Assembly: GCA_964523745.1 (NCBI GenBank) | Contig: CAZGAX010000002.1 | Span: forward strand, 7,945 to 71,944 | Direction of reading: 5' to 3' | DNA from: an uncultured Halobacteriales archaeon | Lineage (GTDB): Archaea > Halobacteriota > Halobacteria > Halobacteriales > Haloarculaceae | DNA length: 64,000 bases | Notes under the pieces: model-generated | Told to the model about the DNA's origin: nothing | The model's input: the letters and a program-made list of their open reading frames with translations, nothing else | Database searches by the model: none | Position numbers and translations under genes: made by a program | Shown here: positions 30,637 through 40,145 of the stretch, piece by piece | Numbering within the stretch: position 1 is the stretch's first letter | Layout: every line of letters begins with the position of its first letter

Positions 30637-31523
30637 CGCTCGTCCAGCTGCTCGTCCGGGTCGTCGTCATCGTGGGGGCACTGGTCAGCCTGTCGACGCT
30701 GACGATCGTCGGCCGGCCGCGGCTCCGCAGGTTCGCCGCGAACTACCGGTCACGGCTCCGCGAGGTGTTGCCGTATCTCACCCTTCTCGGGGGGATTCTC
30801 GCCATCAACAGCGTCGCCCGGAAGGTGAGTCCCGCCATCTCGTGGCTCATCGGCTGGAACGTCACGGGCACCATCTACGCCATCGAGGGGGAGTTCGTCG
30901 CCTGGGTCCAGTCGTTCGCCACGGCCGAGCTGACGGCCTACTTCTCGTTCATGTACGTCTACGGCTACGTGTTCGTCCTCTGTTTCCCGGTGGTGGCCTA
31001 CGCCGCGCTGGACGACCAGCGGTACGTCCGCCAGACCTGTCTTGCCTTCTCGCTGAACTACGCCATGGGCCTCGTGATGTATGTCCTGTTCATCGCCTAC
31101 GGGCCCCGCAACCTGATGCCCGAACTGGTCGAGTCGCTGATGTACACCAGCTGGCCCGAATCACAGCTCCTGACGAGCGAGGTGAACACGAACACGAACG
31201 TCTTCCCGTCGCTGCACAGCTCGCTCGCCATCACGGTGGCGCTCCTCGGCGTAAAGACCCGCAAGCACTATCCGGCCTGGACCTACCTCTCTGCGGCCTT
31301 CGCGGCCAGCATCGTGACCGCGACGATGTATCTCGGTATCCACTGGGGCACCGACGTCGTCGCCGGCGCGGCGCTGGCGGCGTTTACCGTCTGGGCCGCT
31401 CCGCGACTCGACGACCGGCTCAGGGCGAGAAACTGGGGCGATGGTCACACCGGACGGGCCCTCGACGCGCTCGAGAAATCCGCTGCACGCCTCCGGCGAC
31501 TCGTGGCAGAACGCGACCCCTGA
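30633..31523 (+). CDS. PAP2-superfamily membrane phosphatase/transferase
   Basis: Start MTLVQLLV (ATGA overlap with the SBP stop). Multi-TM. PAP2 C2/C3 motifs are FPSLHSS and HWGTDVVAG. Confidence 0.75.
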   Translation: MTLVQLLVRVVVIVGALVSLSTLTIVGRPRLRRFAANYRSRLREVLPYLTLLGGILAINSVARKVSPAISWLIGWNVTGTIYAIEGEFVAWVQSFATAELTAYFSFMYVYGYVFVLCFPVVAYAALDDQRYVRQTCLAFSLNYAMGLVMYVLFIAYGPRNLMPELVESLMYTSWPESQLLTSEVNTNTNVFPSLHSSLAITVALLGVKTRKHYPAWTYLSAAFAASIVTATMYLGIHWGTDVVAGAALAAFTVWAAPRLDDRLRARNWGDGHTGRALDALEKSAARLRRLVAERDP

Positions 31524-31783
31524 CGGCAGGTAGGACGCAAGTACGATTTTCCGTCACTGGGCCGGGCTAGGGCACATGGAAGCCCACGAAGCCGTAGTTC
31601 TCGACCGGATTCCCGACGAGAGAACAGCGGGCAGTCTCACCTTCGTTCGGGGAGAAGGGGCGACTTCGGCGCCGGCGACCTCGTCGCCGCGCCAGCGCAT
31701 TTCGCTGCCCTGGGCCAGCGACTGCCGTGGGGCCAACCCGTCGAGCGGCCGGCGATGAGTTGCGGCAGTGCCGACGGAGACGC

Positions 31784-32773
31784 ATGACGGCAGTACTGTA
31801 CACCCTCGAGTACCCCTTCCAGGCAAAGACCTACGAGGCGGTCCACCCGCACGTCGACGCCGACGCGGCCTACCTTCCGCTACGGCCCGACGCGCTCGAC
31901 GCCACAGTCGCCGTTCCCCAGGTGGATCTGCACTGGGGCGAGGTAGGCTACGTCGACCGGCAGGTCCGCGAGATAGACCCGGACGTCGTCGTCTACAACC
32001 ACAACTTCCGTCACCGGGCCATCGACTTCCAGGCCGACTACCCCCTGGTCCACCTGCGTCACGGCGCCTCGGTCGGTCGCGGGACGGTGCGGGACGACGT
32101 TCGCGAGGTGTTCCCGCTGGTCGACGCGGCGCTGGCCCCCGGAATGTGGTGGGCCGACCAGTACCGCCAGACGGGACCGGACCTCCGCGTCCAGACCGTG
32201 GGGGTCCCGGAGGCCGACCCGCTCGTGGCCGAGGACCCACCGAGGGAGCGACGGGTCCTGTACGCGCCGACGAACCACCGGTACGGCGAGGGATCGCTCC
32301 TGAACACCGCCGGGCACGTCCTCGACGTCTTCGACGGGTCTGCCTACGACCTCGTGTTTCGTCCCCACCTTCACGATACCCGACAGGCGCCGGCCAGGGA
32401 GGTCGTCCGGCGGTGTCGCGAACGGATCTGCGACCTGCCGAACGTCACCTTCGACGACCGCTGGTCGCCGCTGCCGGCGCTCCGGAGTGCGGACCTGCTG
32501 CTGTCGGACTACTCGGGAATCGTCACCGAGTGGTTGCACACGGACCGGCCGCTCGTCCAGTTCGAGAACGTGGTTTCGGCGGAAAACAGCGTGCCGGCGT
32601 TCGGGTACCGGACGGACTCGCTGGACCTCGAGACGGTCGACCGGCTGTACGACGCGGGTCACGAGCCGGCAGTCGCCGAGCGACGGGCGGCCTGGCTGGA
32701 GAAGCTGGGGATACCGATGGACGGCCGGGCCGGCGAGCGGGCCGCACGCGTCATCGAATCGTACGTGAGGTAG
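31784..32773 (+). CDS. CDP-glycerol glycerophosphotransferase-like (TagF/TagB family) protein
   Basis: Start MTAVLYTLEYPFQ. The C-terminal half (LYAPTNH..., FRPHLH, ADLLLSDYSGIVTEW) matches the Glyphos_transf pattern. Confidence 0.6.
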   Translation: MTAVLYTLEYPFQAKTYEAVHPHVDADAAYLPLRPDALDATVAVPQVDLHWGEVGYVDRQVREIDPDVVVYNHNFRHRAIDFQADYPLVHLRHGASVGRGTVRDDVREVFPLVDAALAPGMWWADQYRQTGPDLRVQTVGVPEADPLVAEDPPRERRVLYAPTNHRYGEGSLLNTAGHVLDVFDGSAYDLVFRPHLHDTRQAPAREVVRRCRERICDLPNVTFDDRWSPLPALRSADLLLSDYSGIVTEWLHTDRPLVQFENVVSAENSVPAFGYRTDSLDLETVDRLYDAGHEPAVAERRAAWLEKLGIPMDGRAGERAARVIESYVR

Positions 32774-32848
32774 CCACGGTTCCTACGTTGGCGTAGCCAG
32801 GGCTCCTGCGTGGCGTCGCCGCAGTTCCGGTCGGCAGAAAAGCGCTGT

Positions 32849-33862
32849 TCAGGCGACGGCGGCCTCGTCGGCCTCCAGCAGTTCCTGATAGCGGTTGCGG
32901 ATCGTCACCTCGGAGATGGAGGCCACGTCGCTGACCTCGCTCTGGGTGAGCTTCTCGTTGCACAGCTGTGCCGCCGCGTACACGGCCGCTGCGGCCAGCC
33001 CCACGGGGCTCTTGCCGACGTGGACCTGGGCGTCCTTGCCGGTCCGGAGCAGTTCCCGGGCCCGGCGTTCGACCTCGTCCGGGAGGTCGAGCGCCGAGAC
33101 GTAGCGGGCGACGTAGCTCTCGGGGTCGGCCGGCTCCATCTCGAGACCGAGTTCACGGACGACGTACCGGTACGTCCGGGTGAACTCCATGTCGTCGATG
33201 CGGCTGACGGTCACTACCTCGTCGATGCTGCGGGGGGTCCCGGCCTGTCGAGCGGCGGCGTAGACCGCCGCCGAGGCGACGCCCTCGATCGACCGGCCCG
33301 GCAGGAGGTCCTCCTCGAGGGCCCGGCGGTAGATGACCGAGGCGGTTTCGCGAACGCTCTCGCCGAGGCCGAGTGCGCTGCCCATCCGCTCGATTTCGCC
33401 CAGCGCCTGCTTGAGGTTGCGGTCCTGGGAGTCTTTCGTCCGGAAGCGCTCGTCCCAGGTGCGCAGCCGCTGGAGCTGCTGGCGCTTGCGCGACGACAGG
33501 GCGTTGCCGTAGGCGTCCTTGTTCTGCCAGCTGATAGTCGTCGACAGCCCCTTGTCGTGCATCAGGTTCGTCGTCGGGGCGCCGACGCGGCTCTTCTCGT
33601 CTTTCTCTGCCGAGTCGAAGGCGCGCCACTCCGGCCCGGGGTCTATCTCGTCGGTGTCGACGACCAGACCGCACTCGTCACAGACCGTCTCGCCGTGAAC
33701 CTCATCGCTGACCAGCGACCCGCCACACTCGGGACAGGTCCGCTCCGCTTCTCGCTCCGTCTCTCGGCTCGTCTCTCGTTCTATCTCTCGGTTCGCCTCG
33801 TCCGTTTCGCGGGTGGCTACCCGGTTCTGTTCGTCTCCCTGGTGAAGTCGTGCGTATGCCAT
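32849..33862 (-). CDS. tfb: Transcription initiation factor IIB (TFB)
   Basis: 337 aa with N-terminal Zn ribbon CPECGG...CDECG, B-reader IDPGPEWRAF, and two cyclin repeats. Confidence 0.92.
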   Translation of the reverse strand: MAYARLHQGDEQNRVATRETDEANREIERETSRETEREAERTCPECGGSLVSDEVHGETVCDECGLVVDTDEIDPGPEWRAFDSAEKDEKSRVGAPTTNLMHDKGLSTTISWQNKDAYGNALSSRKRQQLQRLRTWDERFRTKDSQDRNLKQALGEIERMGSALGLGESVRETASVIYRRALEEDLLPGRSIEGVASAAVYAAARQAGTPRSIDEVVTVSRIDDMEFTRTYRYVVRELGLEMEPADPESYVARYVSALDLPDEVERRARELLRTGKDAQVHVGKSPVGLAAAAVYAAAQLCNEKLTQSEVSDVASISEVTIRNRYQELLEADEAAVA

Positions 33863-34083
33863 GGTGGTTGGAGGGCGGGGGCTACCGAGGGGGAATGCCG
33901 AAAAAGCCCGGCAGCCAGAAGTCCTACGCGATTATATGCACCGAGCGTATTTAAAAGTTTCGTGATAGTTCATCCCAACATCCCCTTACAGTACGCTGTT
34001 TTTCTATCTGACAATATTCGTATATGACGGTGATAGCCGGACCGGGAACGCGACGGTCGTCAGTCAGGACCGGTCGAGCGGAG

Positions 34084-34710
34084 TCACGGCCGATCGAGGT
34101 AGGTCATCGCCTCCTCGTCGGTGACCTGACCGAACCGGCGGTAGAACTGGCCGACCGCCCGGAAGCCGGGCGGCGCGTCGACGGTGACGACGGCGTCGGC
34201 TTCCCCTCGCAGGTCCCGGAGGGCGCTGGGTGAACTGACCGGCACCGCGAGGACGACCGAGGCGGGCTCCAGGTCGCGAACGAGGCGGAGGCAGGCTCGC
34301 GCAGTCGCTCCGGTGGCGATGCCGTCGTCGACGACGACCACGTGCTTGCCGGCGAGGTCTGGTGGGTCGGGCGTCCCCCGGTACCGCTCGGTTTTCTCCC
34401 GGGCCGTCTCCATCTCCCGTTCGCGCTGGCGGTCGACGTAGTCCCGCGAGACGCCGAGCTGTGCGATCGCCTTGTCGTTGAGCCACGTCGCGCCGTTGCT
34501 CGCCACCGCACCGATGGCGTACTCGGGGTTGTTGGGGGCGCCGATCTTCGAGGCGACGACGACGTCGAGCGGCGCGTCGAGTCGGTCCGCGACCGGTCTG
34601 GCAACGGGGAGCGCTCCGCGAGGGATTCCCAGGACGACGTCGGCCGTGATCCCCTCCTCTACGAGGCGATTAGCGAGTCGCCGGCCGGCGTCGGCGCGGT
34701 CGTTGAACAT
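34084..34710 (-). CDS. Phosphoribosyltransferase family protein
   Basis: 208 aa with MFNDRADAG and the PRPP-binding loop VVVVDDGIATGAT. Confidence 0.8.
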   Translation of the reverse strand: MFNDRADAGRRLANRLVEEGITADVVLGIPRGALPVARPVADRLDAPLDVVVASKIGAPNNPEYAIGAVASNGATWLNDKAIAQLGVSRDYVDRQREREMETAREKTERYRGTPDPPDLAGKHVVVVDDGIATGATARACLRLVRDLEPASVVLAVPVSSPSALRDLRGEADAVVTVDAPPGFRAVGQFYRRFGQVTDEEAMTYLDRP

Positions 34711-35415
34711 ACTGAGTCACCTGGGCCCTCTAGGGGAGTCGGGGATTTGTGGCTAGCGTCGGCTGTCGCCGGCCGGCGGCGATGCAGCCATCTGTGCAAC
34801 GTTACCTCCTCGTCCGGCACGGAGCCCGCGCTTCCGGTTCGCGAAATAGGTTTCTGCGAACGAGGGATTCGCAGACCGCTGCGAAACGACGTCCACTCCG
34901 GCGGCGACGGTCGGTCGTCCCGGTCGGCCCCTCTGACTTACCGCCCCGCAGTGGCGCGGTTCGCGGCCCCGTTTCACCTTTCTCGACGATTGTGAAACGG
35001 CGGAACTGTTTTCGGAGCAAACCGACGGACGCGGGCCAAGCGGTGGAGACGGCGAGGGGCCGGTGACCTGACTGAAGACTACCAAGATCAGGCCGCGAGC
35101 CGTGGTGACGGCCACCCCGACGACGCCACGGCCGGGCGAATACAGCCCATTTCGGTTCATTCAATATTTCCGAAATGGACCGATGTACCGTCCGTTGGCG
35201 GCCGTGTCTGCCGCTCGCCGTACGGGCGAGGCCCCGGGCCGGCAACCGGAAGCGTCGTTGCGCCGGAGTTGGCGTTCGTGGGGTGACGGAGGCACGCTCC
35301 CGGGGAAAACGCAGAACAGCGCGGGGCCGACTGTCGAGGGGCGGCACGAGGCCGACGGTCAGCACGGGGCCGACAGTCGAGGTCGTCCCGTTTTCCCCGG
35401 GCAATTGGTGAGAAT
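34711..35415. other. 705-bp spacer with no credible ORF, rich in perfect hairpins; candidate structured RNA or decayed sequence
   Basis: All ORFs here are strongly basic (Arg-rich), unlike the acidic proteome. Perfect stems are 34853-60/34868-75, 34971-77/34992-98, 35147-55/35170-78 and 35299-311/35389-401. The last encloses a 17-nt direct repeat at 35323-39 and 35366-82. Confidence 0.4.
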
Positions 35416-35802
35416 TCAGGCGTTACAGACCAGGACCGGCCGTTCCGTGTTGAGGATGACCTCCTGGGTGACGCTCCCGAACAGGAGTTTGCCGGTCGCC
35501 GAGCGCTTTCGACCCGCGAGGCCGATGACGTCGGCGTCGAGTTCGTCGGCGAGGTCGATGATAGACCGGGCCGGCTCGCCGCTCTCCTCGTGGAACTCGA
35601 TGTCGACGCCGGCGTCCTCCAGGATGTCCTGTGCCCGGTGTATCGCGCCGACCTGCATCACCGAGGCGCCCTCCGGATTGTCGACGAAGTCGTGAAGGAG
35701 ATGGACGCGAACGTCCCCCGTGTCGAACAGTTCGACGACCTTCTTCGCGAGGACTGTCGCCCGCTCTTCGTCTTCGTCGATGCCGAGTAGTACGTCTTTC
35801 AT
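35416..35802 (-). CDS. Universal stress protein (UspA family)
   Basis: Internal start MKDVLLGIDEDEE at 35802 gives 128 aa. The C-terminus is VIGLAGRKRSATGKLLFGSVTQEVILNTERPVLV. Confidence 0.8.
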   Translation of the reverse strand: MKDVLLGIDEDEERATVLAKKVVELFDTGDVRVHLLHDFVDNPEGASVMQVGAIHRAQDILEDAGVDIEFHEESGEPARSIIDLADELDADVIGLAGRKRSATGKLLFGSVTQEVILNTERPVLVCNA

Positions 35803-36452
35803 AGCGAGACGTTCGACAACGTCTCTCATATAACCATGGTCTAGCTTACCAGGGTTCGAGGGAGAGGACGGCGTGGCGTGGTGGGAACCGAGGCGTCGAA
35901 TCTTGTGCGCGATTCGTCGCGAGAGCGCCGCGAACGCCGTCACAACGGGGGCGGGTGACGGCTCCGGCGGCCAGCCGGTGGCCACCGAGCGGCCGATATC
36001 GGGAGCCTTGGCCGTTGAGAGTCGGATATACGACCGTCATTCGAAGAACTGACCGCCTGGCCGTCACGATACTATATTCCACAGCTTCGTGGCCGCTGGA
36101 AACCTCATATTTTGTTATTTAGATGGCACCCTTAATACACACTAGTTTGAGTTCAGCCCTGCTGTATGCGTCGGGTGTTAACTGGTATCAACGGCCGGCC
36201 GGCCTCGTTCGTGGCCGTCGGTCCGTCCGAATCTCGTCCCATTCGTGCGGAAGCCGAGGAGCACCTCCGCAGAACGGTCGAGACGGACCAGCCGGTGCGT
36301 CGGCTCCGGATGACCGGCAGCCGTGTGCGCACCAGTTACCACCTGACCGCCAGCGGAAACTCGCGACGACAGACCTCACGGGCCCGGCGACCGACCCGGT
36401 CGTCAGGGTCCGTCGCTCCGGGGCCTGTCGGGGAGTCAGGACTACAATACTC
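35803..36452. other. 650-bp non-coding spacer upstream of the Liv-type binding-protein gene, including ~320 nt of GC-rich sequence downstream of an AT-rich TATA-like patch
   Basis: No acidic ORF is present. An AT-rich block at 36085-36135 (ttttgttatttagatgg) is followed by GC-rich sequence. That sequence has long-range complementarity (gttaactggt 36176-36185 / accagttac ~36331). Confidence 0.3.
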
Positions 36453-37865
36453 ATGAGCGAAACCGATCCGACGTTCGATAGGCGAAACGTGATCAAATCA
36501 CTCGGTGCGGCTGGGCTCGTCGGCCTCGCAGGCTGTACCAGTACCGACGGAGACGGCGACGGTGGCGGTGACGGCAACGGTGGCGGCGACGGCGACGGTG
36601 GCAGCACCGACGGTGGCGACGGCGGCAGCGACTACCCGGCTATCGGGAACTTCCCACCGGAGGGTGACACGGCCACCTTCGGTTTCAACGTTCCCCAGTC
36701 CGGCCCCTACGCGTCGGAGGGGAAAGACGAACTCCGGGCCTACAGGCTGGCCGTCGACCACCTCAACAACGGGGGCGGCTGGGTCGACTCACAGTTCGAC
36801 GACCTCTCGGGCGACGGCGTGCTCGGCTACACCATCGACCACGTCGACGGCGACACCGCGACGGACGCCGACCAGGCACGACAGTCTGCCTCCCGGATGA
36901 TCAGCCGGGACAAAGTCCTCATGGTCAGTGGTGGTTCGTCCAGTGCAACCGCCATCTCGATGCAGAGCCTGTGCCAGGAGGAGAAGGTCATGTTCATGTG
37001 CTGTCTGACGCACTCGAACGACACCACCGGGAAGGACTGTGTGCGGTACAGCTTCCGGGAGGTCTTCAACGCCTACATGACCGGACAGGCGCTGGCACCG
37101 GTGCTCAAAGAGGAGTACGGTGAAAATCTGTCCTTCTACCAGCTATACGCGGACTACAGCTGGGGACAGACCCAGCAGGCGTCGATGAACAAGTTCTTCA
37201 CCGAGGTCGCGAACTGGAACGAGATCGACAGCGTCGCCACCCCGCTGGGGACCAGCGACTACCAGTCGTACCTCTCGGAGGCCGCAAACTCCGGCGCCGA
37301 CGTGCTCGTGTTGAACCACTACGGGCTGGACGGCGCGAACTCCGTCGGCCAGGCCTTCGACGCCGGCCTCAAGGAGGACATGGAGATCGTCCTCCCGCTG
37401 TACAACCGGCCGATGGCCAACGCCGTGGCCCCCGAGGCGATGGAGGGCGTGTTCGGCACCGTCGCCTGGGACCCCCAGATCGACAACGCACCCTCGAACG
37501 AGTTCACCAAGGTGTTCCGCGACGAGTACGACCGGTATCCCTCCGGGCCGGCACAGCTGGCGTACGCTCAGACGCTGCAGTACGCCGCTGCCGCCGAGCG
37601 GGCCGGGACGTTCTACCCGCCCGAGGTCATCCGGCAGCTGGAGGGCTTCGACTACGACAACATCGGCATGGGGTCGGAGACGATGCGGGCCTGCGACCAC
37701 CAGGCCCAGCGCGCCGTCCCGGTCGTCAGGGGCCTGGGTCCTGACGAACAGGAGGCCGGACGGCTGTACGATATCGTCAACCTGACCAGTCGAGAGGAAC
37801 TGGGCTACGCCTGCGACGAAGGCCCCGCTGCGGAGTGTGAACTCGGCAACTACGGCGACGAGTAA
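36453..37865 (+). CDS. livJ: Branched-chain amino acid/amide-type ABC substrate-binding lipoprotein (LivJ/K-like)
   Basis: Start MSETDPTFDRRNVIKSLGAAGLVGLAGC (Tat motif plus lipobox). A Gly/Asp linker is followed by a Peripla_BP_6-like body. Confidence 0.8.
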   Translation: MSETDPTFDRRNVIKSLGAAGLVGLAGCTSTDGDGDGGGDGNGGGDGDGGSTDGGDGGSDYPAIGNFPPEGDTATFGFNVPQSGPYASEGKDELRAYRLAVDHLNNGGGWVDSQFDDLSGDGVLGYTIDHVDGDTATDADQARQSASRMISRDKVLMVSGGSSSATAISMQSLCQEEKVMFMCCLTHSNDTTGKDCVRYSFREVFNAYMTGQALAPVLKEEYGENLSFYQLYADYSWGQTQQASMNKFFTEVANWNEIDSVATPLGTSDYQSYLSEAANSGADVLVLNHYGLDGANSVGQAFDAGLKEDMEIVLPLYNRPMANAVAPEAMEGVFGTVAWDPQIDNAPSNEFTKVFRDEYDRYPSGPAQLAYAQTLQYAAAAERAGTFYPPEVIRQLEGFDYDNIGMGSETMRACDHQAQRAVPVVRGLGPDEQEAGRLYDIVNLTSREELGYACDEGPAAECELGNYGDE

Positions 37866-37981
37866 CGACTTCGCAGCCCGGAAACCCTCTCATGATCAAA
37901 TCCATACATGTATCAGAGCGATCCCGCTCAGCGACTCGCACGTCGTCACGTCCGTACGAGGCGGTCACACGATACAGGACA

Positions 37982-37988
37982 TTTATAA
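37982..37988 (+). promoter_or_regulatory. TATA-box-like element upstream of livH
   Basis: tttataa lies 35-41 nt upstream of the livH ATG (38023) in an AT-rich patch. The spacing is consistent with a near-leaderless transcript. Confidence 0.35.
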
Positions 37989-38022
37989 CAATTCCAAAAC
38001 GTGACTCCAACGGTGAGCGTGA

Positions 38023-38958
38023 ATGAGTGTTGTTAACGAAACCCTAGTCGTCCTCTTGAACGGGCTCCAGAACGGGGCGATCTACGTCCTGCTGGCCGTG
38101 GGCCTGTCGATCATCCTCGGGACCCTGAAGTTCGTCAACTTCGCACACGGTGCCCTGTACCTGATCGGCGCCTACGTCGGGCTCCTCGTGGCACTGGAAA
38201 CCCAGCTGACCGGCGGCAAGCTATCGGAGTGGGGCTACCAGACGATCGGGCTCGACATGGGTTTCTTCGCGGCGCTGGTCGTCGTGCCAATCGTCGTGTT
38301 CGTCATCGGCCTGGCCTTCGAACGGCTCGTCGCACAGCCGTTCTACGACCGGCCGGACACGGACCAGATCCTCGTGACGTTCGGGCTGGCGATCGTCGTC
38401 CAGGAGCTGTTCCACGTCATGTTCGGGAGCCAAAGCATCGACTTCGCCCAGCCGGGCTGGGCGTCGGGCCCCATCGGCCTCCCGATCATCGGGTCCTACC
38501 CCAAGTGGCGACTGGCGATCATCGTCATCACGGCGGCGCTGGTCTTCCTGGTGTACCTGTTGATAGAGTACACCGACTTCGGACTGGTCGTGAAAGCGGG
38601 GACGCTCGACGCCGAAATGGTCGAACTGCTCGGTATCAGGCTCTCGCGTCCCTACCTGCTCGTCTTCGGCGTGGGTGCGGCCCTCGCTGGCGTCGCCGGC
38701 GTCGTCGGTGGGCCGATCGAGGTCGTCAACCCCGACATCGGGATGACTATCCTTGTACCCGCGTTCCTCGTCGTCGTCATCGGCGGCGTCGGCAGCATCG
38801 CGGGGGCAGTCCTCGGCGGGATCATCTTCGGGTTGACCGAGTCCGTCCTCATCTCGGTCGCTCCGGCGTGGTCGCAGATCGGTATCTACGTCCTCGCGGC
38901 GATCATCCTGCTCGTCAGGCCCCAGGGCCTGCTCGGTAACGAGGAGGTGGCTCCGTGA
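38023..38958 (+). CDS. livH: Branched-chain amino acid ABC transporter permease (LivH type)
   Basis: 311 aa and multi-TM, with NFAHGALYLIGAY typical of the LivH family. Confidence 0.88.
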   Translation: MSVVNETLVVLLNGLQNGAIYVLLAVGLSIILGTLKFVNFAHGALYLIGAYVGLLVALETQLTGGKLSEWGYQTIGLDMGFFAALVVVPIVVFVIGLAFERLVAQPFYDRPDTDQILVTFGLAIVVQELFHVMFGSQSIDFAQPGWASGPIGLPIIGSYPKWRLAIIVITAALVFLVYLLIEYTDFGLVVKAGTLDAEMVELLGIRLSRPYLLVFGVGAALAGVAGVVGGPIEVVNPDIGMTILVPAFLVVVIGGVGSIAGAVLGGIIFGLTESVLISVAPAWSQIGIYVLAAIILLVRPQGLLGNEEVAP

Positions 38959-40145
38959 GCGACGAAACGCCGACCTCGGAGCCGCACGCGGCGGCCTCCG
39001 AGCAGGCGGAGGCCCCGACGCTCGCAGAGATGTTCCGGCCACACGGCCGGGAAGCCCGGACGATCGGCCTGACTGCGCTCGCACTGGTGGTGTACCCCTG
39101 GCTGTTCACGGAGGCCCCGGTCATCAGCGGTCTCCTGCAGGGCTACCACCCGCTGGCGTCGCTGATCCTGGTCTGGGGCATCTTCGCCCTCGGCTTCGAC
39201 ATCCTGCTGGGTTACACCGGCCTGCTGTCGTTCGGTCACGCGGCGTTCTGGGGCGGGTCTGCCTACGCCGCCGGGGTATTCTCCCACCGGTTCCTGGGCG
39301 ACCCCCTGGTCATCCTCGCCGTCGCCATCGTATTCGCCGTCCTGCTGTCGTGGGTCATCGGCTTCATCTCCCTGCGACGGGGCGGCATCTACTTTGCCAT
39401 CCTGACGCTGGCGTTCGGACAGATGCTGTTTTACCTGTCCGCGTCACCGCTTGGCTGGCTCACCGGCGGCGAGAACGGGTTCACTGACGTGGCTATCGGG
39501 CCGATCCTGGGTACGATCGACCTCGGGATGGATCTGCCGGTGCTGACGATTCCGGGGCTCGGCATGGGCTTTGACCTCTCCATGTTCCTGGGGACCTGGC
39601 TCTACCTGTTCATCGCCATCTGCACCCTGCTGGCCGTGGCACTGGGATACCGCATCCTCAAGTCGCCGTACGGCATGGTGTTCAAGGCGATCCGCGAGAA
39701 CGAACAGCGGGCCGAGTTCGTCGGGCTGAACGTCTGGCGCTACAAGCTCATGGCGTTCGTCATCTCCGGCGGCTTCGCCGGCCTCGCCGGCGGTCTGTAC
39801 GTCATCCACCAGCAGTACGTACCGCTCAGTTCGCTGAACTGGGCGGTCAGCGGTGAAGTCGTCGTCATGGCGGTGCTCGGCGGGACCGGCTCGCTACTGG
39901 GCCCCATGTTCGGCGCCGGCCTCTACAAGTACATCCAGAACGTCGTCAGCGGGATGGACCAGCTCGTCGTTCCCATGACGGACATCGTCCTCATCACGGA
40001 CTTCGGCCACTACTGGCACCTGCTGCTGGGACTGGTGTTCGTCCTGGTCGTCTGGCTGGCACCCCGTGGACTCTGGGGCGCCTTCGAGGACGGGCGAGAC
40101 TTCCTCGTACGGGCACTCGACCGGTTCCGCGGAGGTGACGAGTGA
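38955..40145 (+). CDS. livM: Branched-chain amino acid ABC transporter permease (LivM type)
   Basis: 396 aa and multi-TM, with GYTGLLSFGHAAFWG typical of the LivM family. 4-nt overlap with livH. Confidence 0.88.
   Translation: MSDETPTSEPHAAASEQAEAPTLAEMFRPHGREARTIGLTALALVVYPWLFTEAPVISGLLQGYHPLASLILVWGIFALGFDILLGYTGLLSFGHAAFWGGSAYAAGVFSHRFLGDPLVILAVAIVFAVLLSWVIGFISLRRGGIYFAILTLAFGQMLFYLSASPLGWLTGGENGFTDVAIGPILGTIDLGMDLPVLTIPGLGMGFDLSMFLGTWLYLFIAICTLLAVALGYRILKSPYGMVFKAIRENEQRAEFVGLNVWRYKLMAFVISGGFAGLAGGLYVIHQQYVPLSSLNWAVSGEVVVMAVLGGTGSLLGPMFGAGLYKYIQNVVSGMDQLVVPMTDIVLITDFGHYWHLLLGLVFVLVVWLAPRGLWGAFEDGRDFLVRALDRFRGGDE

Noticed and set aside
34711-35415. Idea that the hairpin-rich spacer is RNase P RNA or SRP (7S) RNA
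   Set aside because: I could not find the near-universal P4-region elements (GGAAAGUCC-like CR-I, or ACAGAA...GGCUUA CR-V). I also found no convincing SRP helix-8 motif. The prior for either single-copy gene falling in this window is low. It is kept only as an unassigned structured-RNA candidate.
36540-36640. Short tandem DNA periodicity (gacggc/ggtggc units) that could be mistaken for a repeat array
   Set aside because: It encodes the Gly/Asp linker (DGDGDGGGDGNGGGDGDGG) of the LivJ-like lipoprotein. There are no spacers, so it is not a CRISPR array.
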